Source: Octopus vulgaris (lineage: Eukaryota). Taken from it: a stretch of DNA of 64,000 nt. The DNA is taken from positions 40,858,001 to 40,922,000 of the forward strand of contig OX597825.1 in the NCBI GenBank assembly GCA_951406725.2, in the 5' to 3' direction. Every line of letters begins with the position of its first letter. Position 1 is the first letter of the stretch. Shown piece by piece: positions 54,944 to 64,000 of the stretch. Made by a program: the position numbers and the translations under genes. Below the pieces are notes generated by a model. It had not been told where the DNA came from and searched no databases. It saw nothing but the letters and a program-made list of their open reading frames with translations.

Positions 54944-57032
54944 TGGGCGTATAGACACATATATATGTATGTGTGTGTGTGTGCATGTATATATGTGGTA
55001 ATGAAGTAACCATACAAATGATGTCATGGTACATATTAATATTTCAAAAGAATTTCCTTCAGGCTTTACTCCTTCTTGTGTTGCATATTGTCTTTTTTTA
55101 AGCTATTCATGTTACCTTCACTTACTTTTTCCTTTCCTCACAATCTGAAATAAACTAACCGCATGTCAGCCCGCGTGCCTCTCAAGATTCTGACCATTGA
55201 CTTTTTCTACCACTTTCACGCTCACAATCTGCAGCTGATCTAATCCATTAACTTCTATACAACGTTTTCTAACTTTCTTCTGACACTTATCACAAAACAC
55301 TTAATCCTTTATGCCAAGGGAAATAATGGGACCAACCAACAAAAATAATTAATATATGGCTGTATATGCATGTGTGCGTGTTTATATATATATATACACC
55401 AGCTAGTCGAAAAAAAGACATATACTTTAAGCAAGTATCGTTTCCATTCTTGTTTCATTTTTTTAATCTCTTTTTTTTTTTACTATACTTTGATAAAAGA
55501 TTCACCTCAAACACTTGTCTGCATTTCTTTTCGACGTACTATTCGACAATTCGCCGTACACCACTTTTTTGTTAATATGTGAATATGCGTCCGTGCGTGT
55601 ATGTGTGTGTATGCTTACAGTGATGTGTATCACATTTTGAATTTTTCTCTACCTGTTGTCACATCAAGTGTTACGAGTCAACACAGTATATGTAAGTACA
55701 GGGAATGTAGGAAGCTTTTTACTTTATACTACGAGCAAAATCCAATCCTATGATCTTGTTCTTAAAGCAGAAGGAAGGATTGAAAGTGGCCCAGAGGCAT
55801 TCGAGCTAAGTTCACTGGCATCCCTAGACTATAAAAAGTTTCATGGTATTCAGATGGAGCATCAAGTTGGTATTTGTTAATCGTTGAATTTAACCACTCA
55901 TTTCAGAAAAGGAAAGTAGCATTTTCACTTCCAATGTTTACCACCACGCTCTCATATTCGTAACACATTTTCGGCTTTTTTAATCACTGCACAGAGAAAT
56001 ACACATACTTAAGTGTTACACATATGCGCATACACACACAAAAGCAACTCGTGCATTACACACGCACACACGCACACATACAGAGTAAATGAACAGTCGT
56101 ATGTACAAACACTTTTGAAACACCGATATAAACATACAATAAAATAAGCATTCAGGCATTTCAAAACAAGTGTCATATACCACATACTCAACTTCTTATA
56201 CACCAATACTGAAAATGTACACATACATTGCAAACATACTTGCACGTATATATAAATCCACAACACAAAAACACCAATACGTACACACCTTCTTATACAT
56301 CAAGAAATAAATGCACACGCGCGCAAAACAGTGCTCAAACAATACTTTCTTCTATAGAACAACTTTCAAATTCAGACACACACAGAAACCTTAAAACCTA
56401 GCTCCCCGTCCGTTCTCCTATGAAATCTTTCTTGTCATTTCAAGTAATTTCGAAACGGTGTTCCACATCATTTTCTTTGAAAGTATTAATTTCCTTCTTT
56501 TCCCGGGAATTTTATCCCAAATATTTAGTCATTTGTTTCTCTGAGCGTTAGACTAATAGCAATAACTTTTCTCTTGGCTGTTTTTGATTTCATGGTAATT
56601 TCTTTATCATCACTTATATAGATAAATATATAGATGTATATATGTGTGTGTTAGAGAGAGAGAGATAGTGTGTGTGTGTGTGTGTGTGTGCGTGCATGCG
56701 TGTACGTGTGGGTGTGCGAGAGTTTGTGTGTCTGTCTGTACGTATATACCTACATAGAAAGATAGATCCATATATACATGTGTGTGTGTATCTAGCTTCC
56801 TATGCTTCTATGTATGTATGTATGTATGTATGTATGTATGTATGTGTGTATATATATATAATATAAGGAAATGTAAAAATACATTACGAAGGATATATCA
56901 TGAACATAAATAATTATTTATGATAAAGGATCGTTGTGACTGAGATTAAAAAGATCCATGAATATATCGATGGCCAAACATGTATTAATAAATTAGATAA
57001 AAGATGAGTGTTTATAATTAGGAAAACCATAA

Positions 57033-57666
57033 TTATAACGGAGAGGGTTGCAAGAACCCTTACGTGTTTAAAAATAACAGTCAAGTCTATTATCACTCAT
57101 ATTTTATCTCCTCACTAAAAAGCTGTCTGCGAGCGACATGACATAAAATCCACAATTTAAAAGTAAAAGGTTAATTTTCTATTGGAATTTCGAAGTTAGG
57201 AACCTATTAAACAATATTATATACCGTATCGTAAAATAACGGATATACATTTTCTCACTCATATTTTGCCATGACTTGATTTACTGGTCTTTTCTCATAA
57301 ACGCTGTGCATAACATTTGTATTCAGAATTATTCTTGCCGGTCGGGATAATGTAAGCTCTAAGAGATGATTTTGTATCACTTTGTTTCTATAGGAATATT
57401 CTCCTGATGAGAGGAATGGATCCGTTATATTATTTGTATCCGTTATTTTGCGAATCGGTATATAAAATGGTACGATAGGTTCCTAACTTCCAAATTGCAA
57501 TAGAGAATTAACTTTTTATTTTTAAATTGTGAATTTTGTGTGTCATGCCGCTCGCAGATAGCTTTATAGTGAGGAGATAAAATATGAGTGACAATAATGA
57601 CTTTATCGTGGTTTTGACTCCTTTTTCTAAACATGTAGGGGATTTTGCAACTCACTCCGTTATAAT
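57033..57666. repeat. Diverged inverted repeat, arms of about 215-230 bp
   Basis: 57033-57248 versus 57434-57666. Confidence 0.85.
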
Positions 57667-57680
57667 GTTTTTACAAATCA

Positions 57681-57724
57681 TATATAAGCGCTTTCATCTA
57701 CTCTAATAGATTCTTCAGATTTAA
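57681..57724 (-). ncRNA. Minimal hammerhead ribozyme downstream of the PLE ORF
   Basis: Minus strand: AAAT-CTGAAGA-ATCTAT-taga-GTAGAT-GAAA-GCGC-TT-ATAT. Confidence 0.8.
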
Positions 57725-58284
57725 ATTTTGTGAAAGGATTTAGTCTCTTTTATAGTATTAGTGAATGGGTTAGGGTGCACAGAAAGGGGTGAAAGAAGAG
57801 TAATGTGGAGTGTATAGGGTAGGAAAAGTGGGAGAAGAATGGGGAGATAGTGGAGCGAGAAAGTGAGAGAGAGTGTGTGCGTGCAATGTGTGTGTGTGTG
57901 TGTGTGCTTGTGTATCTGGAAGGAAGCGCTTTGAACAAGAGACAAAAAGAAAAGGAAAAGAATATACATTTTTAAGTAGGTGGCTAGAACGGATGCTTGC
58001 TTTGGTTCGGCCAGCTCACCAGGGGGTCTGAAAGAAAAATATTTTCAAAGTGAAAAAAAATGTTTTTTCTTAATGACAATGGAAAAGAGAAGGAAACAAA
58101 AGAAGGAAGAAAGAAGGAAGTAAAACGTGTTTATATCTATACAGTTGGTCAGTTCTTTCAATAGAAGATGACAAGTTGATTCTTGGTCTGTAAAAATGGC
58201 AAGACCAGGTGGTTACTCTAAGGAGGGGGGTCTGTTTTGATGAAGAATAATGAAAGTTATTTTTCAAAACATTGTCTGGACTTA

Positions 58285-58294
58285 TCATTATCAC

Positions 58295-58378
<84 letters not shown>
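58285..58378. repeat. (CAT)n microsatellite
   Basis: Directly visible. Confidence 0.95.
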
Positions 58379-58534
58379 TGTCCGATGTTTGACTACCATG
58401 CTGGAATGGGTTGGAAAATCTGGATGAAAGAATGTTTCTATATATGTAAATACATACACACACACACACATACATATATCTAAGGGCTCCAGATGGGTTT
58501 ATAAGGAAGTTGATGTGATTTTCATATTTTCAGT

Positions 58535-61330
58535 CATTCAGTTTCGGGGAGAATTTTGCTATGAAGTGTTGTTCCATATTTTTTCTGAAGAAGGTGTCAT
58601 TCCTTGGGCATTTATAGAAGGGAAAGATCTTGAATCTTCCTTATCCACATGTTTCTAAGTGTTTATTTAGTGGAATGTTTTGATGCTCTCCCTGTTGGAT
58701 ATGCTATCAGTGAATTCTGGCTCGTTGGCATAAAGAATTGCCCGTTTCACCTATATAGGTCTCTTTGCATGTGGGACAGGTTATGCAATATATTATGTTT
58801 TGTGTCTTCCAATTCATGTTTGCTTTGAATGTGTGTCCACTCTTAAATTTTATTTGGTTGTTTTCCTCTATAAATTTGTAGATGGGGTTACTGCAGATCC
58901 CACATCTACTATCTCCACATTCTTTCACAAAGAATTCGGTTTCATTCTCTGATGAGAACTGTGCTCTTGTCAGTTGTTCTTCTTTTCAAGTTTTTTTCTT
59001 GGCGTTTACTGCTTCTTATGCAGTATTTCTTTAATAGGTTTCCCATTTGGGGGCTTTGTAGGACTATTGGTAAGGTTGATTGTATATTTTGAAACATGTT
59101 GGTAACTCCAGGGTTGAGTGTGTTTATGAATGGGATGATGTTTTCTTAGCATTTCTTTTTTGGAGCTTTGAGTTTTGTGTTATCCACTTTCATTGCTCTT
59201 GAGATTCCGTTTTCTATTAATTTGAGTGGGTAATTCTGTTCTAGTAGTAAGTTTTAAGAGCATTTTGTCTTATTTGGCGTGTTTGTAAGTCGACCATTAT
59301 GCTGCATATGCGTCCTGCCATACTATATAGAATGTTTCTTTTTATGTGAGATGGGTGGCAAAAGTAGAAATTTAGATATTGGTGTGTGTTGGAGTTTTTG
59401 TAATAGATATCTGTTGTGACGATGGAGTTGTGGATCTTGATGTTGATGTCTAGGATGAGAAGTTCGTTATAGCTGGTTTCTGTCGTAAAGTTGATTGATC
59501 AGTGCAGTGTGTTGAGGATGTTGTCAAATGTTCGTAGAACTTCTGATCTGTTCCAAAAGATGAAACAGTCATCGAGGTAGCGTTTGCACTTTTTCTTTAT
59601 GTCTTCTCTGAAGTCGTGTTCGAAGATTTTCCCTATTTCCTCGTATAGTTTGTTGTCAAGGAAACCCATAAGCAGGTTGGCATATGAAGGTGCAAATTTC
59701 GTAACCATAGCCGTGCCTTTTATTTGCTGTTAAATGTGAATGTGTTTTCTTCAAGTATTAATTGGGTGGCTTTGGTGATAAAGTCTGTTTTGAAGCGTTT
59801 ATCTATGAATTTCCTGTAGTTTTCTACCCAGTGTTTTATCGCCTCCTGACCCAGGGCGTGTGGTATGTTCGTGTATAAGTTTGCGACATCGAAGATTGCA
59901 AGTATGGTGTTTCCCGAAACCGTATTTAGATTGTGTAAGAAAGTCTATCATTCCTTATGTAGCTTGGTATCAGTGGGCATAAAGGTTTGAGGAATACATC
60001 AATGAAGTAGCTTAGTTGTTTTGTTGGTGCTTAGAACCCTGAAACTATTGGTCTCATTGTGAGGTTTGTGGGCCTTTGTATTCTTATATAATGGCTCCTC
60101 TGTTCTTTTATGGCACTCTGTATTTTAAAGCTTTTATGAACTTTAGGTAGTCCATAAAAATGATTTCTTTGGTTCATGAGTTGCATAAATAGTCTTTCTC
60201 CTTGTCTGTAAAGGAGTCCTGGTATTCATTGACTAATGTTGCTTTCTCCGGTTGTGTTGATTCCTCTTTATTGTATGTTTGGTTGTTAAGAATCTTTGGT
60301 ATCTTCTTTGTGGGTATCTGTATACATAATTACTATTGCTCTACCTTTGTCAGCTTCTTTTAAGACGATCGACTTGTCATTTTTTAGCTTTTGTAAGGCT
60401 TGTTTTTCTCCTCTGTGGAGGTTCTGTTTGCATTTATGTGTGTTGAGAGGGAATTTGCAGATTGTCTCTATGTATGTGTCTAGGTGATTGTTACTCCCCT
60501 TTTGAGGGGTGAATTGGGATATTTTCTTATGATTGAGTCATCTTCTGTTACCTTATTTTGAAAGAATTCCATAGGGCGGCGGCGGCGGCGGCGGTGAAAG
60601 TTATCTATATCAGTTTTTAGTTCTATGAGATTCGGAGTGGGTGTAGGTCTAAATTTGAGGCCTTTTAGTAGTAGGTTCATTTCATTTTCGCTAAGTTCTC
60701 TTTCAGTTAGGTTTATTATTTTGGTGTCTATGTGTTTTGCGTGTTCATTCGGAATTATTTGGTATGTTGGGTCCGGAGTATGATTGGAGTATCCTTTCCC
60801 TAAAAAAGGGATTGTGTTGTTGTGTCTCCAAATTCCATTTTTAGGTTTTCTTGTAGAGGTAGGGGTGTCTGTATATATATATGGTCTGTATGTGTTTTTT
60901 GTCTGTGGCAGTTGTTTTCTTCCCATCCTCTGTGTTTGTTGAGCTAATTTCCATTCCTGGAGTTCAGGTTTCCTTGTTGGTGGGAGAATGTGTTAATAAT
61001 GTATGCTTGTAATTATTTTGATAGTGGTGCTTGTTTTCTGTCCATCTTATAAATCAGTGGGGTCGCATGGAATTGATGTTTGTACGGTGTAGAGTTTTCG
61101 ACTTTTATTGTAGATTATGTGTTGATTTCTATCTACTTGTCTATTGTTCGATGTGTGCATCCATTTACTTCGTCCAGCGTTATGCATTCGTGGTTGTTCA
61201 TATTCTGTTTGTTGTCTCCATGTGTTATAGGTTGATGGTTGTATGTGTCATGTTTATCTTTCTGTTTGGGTGTCTGTCTTTCTAGGGCTTTGGGTCGATG
61301 GTCGTATTTCATATTTTATGTGTCTGTTTA
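58535..61330 (-). mobile_element. Near full-length decayed Penelope-like element (Neptune-type)
   Basis: IINLT…LLLKGLKFRPTP, KEADKG, FYGLPKVHK, MRPIVSG, FDVANLYTNIPH, MVTKFAPSYANL.MG, RYLDDCF, CGDSRCGIC, NIIYCITC..C…YIGET. Confidence 0.92.
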
Positions 61331-62059
61331 TTGGGGGGGGTCTTTCTCTTTTCCCTTGACATTAAGAAAACAACACCTTTTTTTCACTTTGAAAATCCTA
61401 TATTGAGCATTATGTAATGTCATTTGAACTTGCATATTTTGCGAAGATAACGAAACTGAAGTTGGCCTAATTGTTTTCACTACCTATAATTTAGGGTCCT
61501 TGATTCTACATATTTGTGCTGAATATCTGTCTTGAATATTTGCACTACTATTTTACCAGATATCGTCAGCAGAATGGAGAGAAAAAGGAAATTAAAGAAC
61601 ATCTTTCACAGCCCAAATAAAACAATTAATACTATATCAATATCTGGGTTCATAACTACTGGTGGATAATCCAGTTCATTTTCTTAGATTATTGTTAATC
61701 AAATTTTAACGATTTATAGTTTCCTTTCATATAAAATGCACTGGCATTGATTTGATTTTCTTTCATTGATGTTTCCAATGTATATTCTGCTTTATAGAGT
61801 TTTCATACAGAATTTTCTTGATTTTCTGGAGTTTCTTCATAACCAAAATCAAGCATGTTTTTTTTAACAAAGTTTCTTTCTGTGCACACCTATCTTTTAC
61901 TATTGTGTTGTTAATAACAGATTAAATATATAAAATATTTGTTCATTACTCTAAATGCATAGCACTATTTCGATTTCTCTAGGTCAGTACAATGCCGCCT
62001 TGTTCACCATTACAATTTAAATCTCGGAGGTAAAAATGATAACTTATAGAAATATATTG

Positions 62060-62292
62060 GTTTCAAATGTTGACACTAGCCCAGTGATTTCGGGAGAGGG
62101 AATAAGTCGATTACATCGACCCCATTGTTCAACCGATACTTTTTTAATCGACCCCATTGTTCAACCGATACTTTTTTAATCGACCCCGAAGTAATAAAAT
62201 GCAAAGTCGACCTCAGCAGAAAGAAAAGACAGATGAAATGCCGCTAAGCATTTTGTCTGGTGTGCTCACGATTCTGTTAGCTTGTCACCTTA
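62060..62292 (-). mobile_element. Family C SINE with an internal 32-bp tandem duplication
   Basis: ATCGACCCCATTGTTCAACCGATACTTTTTTA repeated at 62115 and 62147. Confidence 0.8.
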
Positions 62293-62770
62293 GTGAATGA
62301 ATAGAATTGAATGAATATTATGTGCATGCAATGCAGTTATTGATATGTAGCACTGTAAATATCTCTAGTTTTAATATGTTCTTGCATAACTGAACATTTA
62401 GCTGAAGCAATAACTTTCCATATACTTATTTCCTACACGCAACATTTATTGTCTTTCCTGATTTTTACACATGTTTTTAATATATATTTTTATATTGCAA
62501 CTACATTTACTGTTTTCACTTCACCAAGAAATGTGCTTTAAGAACTGAAGATTAAAACAAATTTAAATTATTCTTTTCCTAAGAAAATTGTATTAAACAG
62601 ATATTTTAAGCTGAAAGGTTAAAACTGAATACGTTTGTTAATAATGAGGAAGGTTAATTTTCACTTGGATTGGTATCATTTGTTTGCACTAATCACTGTG
62701 TATTGCTGGTGTTTTTTTTTACTGCTCCAAGAATAATCAAGGGAAAGTTGACTTTCAGAATGATTTGGAC

Positions 62771-62946
62771 TGGGAACACATAATACGACTACAGTATTTA
62801 GTGCTTCTCTTTTGAATTATCTATTTATACACCCTGTGAATTATGGATTCTTATTGGGAACATATAATACGACTACAGTATTTAGTGCTTCTCTTTTGAA
62901 TTATCTATTTATACACCCTGTGAATTATGGATTCTTATTGGGAACA
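62771..62946. repeat. 84-bp tandem duplication
   Basis: TGGGAACA recurs at 62771, 62855 and 62939; the two units are almost identical. Confidence 0.9.
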
Positions 62947-63216
62947 TAACATAACTAAAATTTTAATAGAAGAGAATGAAAACGGGTGATATTAAAATTA
63001 AAGTTTACTTTTTTTCTAACACTTGGGAGAGTGTGTGAAACATCACAGAATCTGCTAATAAATGTAGGGCAAACAGATGGTGACTTCTTTCAACATTACT
63101 ACCTGGTAATCTATGTGCTTCTTTGTCTTTTCATCCATCACACTTTCAAATCAAGATGAGTTTGAAATAATTTATAATATATTTTTAACAAAATTGTATA
63201 AAATTATTTTACTTTT

Positions 63217-64000
63217 TACAGTTTGTGTGGAATATTTTTTCTTTCGAATGACATAGGCGTTATATATATTTCTACAATTCGAATAATTTTAATGCGCAAT
63301 TAACTCAAAGGATAAGAAATTGTCGGCAAAATCAGTTTAAGACCGTACCAAGATTATGCAAATTAATAAACCAAATATGTGGTCATATGGCTGGCCGTAC
63401 TGCGCTGTTATGTTTAATAATCGAGCATTGGTGCACATTAATTCGCTAGTAGTATCAGTCAGTTACTTGATCAAAAATCGTGTTGCTTCATCAGCAAAAT
63501 GTGTCTTACGTGAACATTTGCAGACAATTTGGATGCAGCAAAACGGTTTGTGTTCAAACATGAAAGCTTTACCAAGCCACTAGCCAATGCGAAGATCGGC
63601 AAAGAACAGGCGCTCCGAGATAAACAACAATATAGAGATGGATCGGCGAATTCATAGGCTCACTGAAGGCAACAAAATGCTAACAGCAGTGGACATTTGC
63701 AAGCAATTATCTGATGAAACTAACATCAGCTTCACACCACAATCTGTTACAAACCGCCTAAAAGAATTTAGACTGTTCGGCCGGATCGCTCGAAAGAAGC
63801 CGATATTTTCTGAGACGAATCGGCGAAAGCAGATCAAGTTTTCAGAAAGCCACATTGAATGGACGGCCGAAGACTGGTCAAAAGTTCTTTGGAGAGACGA
63901 ATCCCGCTTCTACATCTTTGATCAGACGGAAAGACTTATGTTAGACGCCGTCCAACTGAAGATTTCCATCCTAAGTTTATCAAGAAAACGGCGCAAGCAG
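63217..64000 (+). mobile_element. Tc1-family transposon, frameshifted, running off the window end
   Basis: LTAVDICKQL…SVTNRLKEFRLFGRIARKKP…KFSESHIEWTAEDWSKVLWRDESRF, frameshift, DGKTYVRRRP. Left boundary approximate. Confidence 0.9.

Noticed and set aside
62115-62190. CRISPR-like 32-bp repeats
   Set aside because: Contiguous duplication with no spacers, inside a SINE, in eukaryotic DNA
63708-63722. CTGATGAAAC hammerhead core
   Set aside because: Part of Tc1 codons; no helix II

Overview
AT-rich, repeat-dense eukaryotic (animal) DNA. The SINE families and the very abundant (AT)n/(CA)n/(AAT)n microsatellites suggest a coleoid cephalopod such as Octopus; this is an inference. I can support no intact host protein-coding gene, and most ORF-track entries are microsatellite translations. 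The window holds decayed transposons: Penelope-like elements (PLEs) of Neptune and Naiad type, three Dong/R4 LINEs sitting in (AAT)n arrays, RTE and CR1 fragments, an internally deleted Ty3/Gypsy element, maT (DD37D), mariner, Tc1 and piggyBac remnants, non-autonomous Helitrons, and at least three tRNA-derived SINE families. The most interesting signal is a set of minimal type-I hammerhead ribozyme motifs with palindromic helix III. Some are linked to PLE ends and some lie in small non-coding elements. One composite unit has a tRNA-like Pol III head, then (AAT)n, then a hammerhead, with an inverted copy of its tail at the 5' end; it may be a SINE/retrozyme mobilised by PLEs. There are also several foldback structures, and a Naiad endonuclease with TGA at a conserved Cys position (possible selenocysteine). 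Coordinates were read by eye and element ends are approximate.
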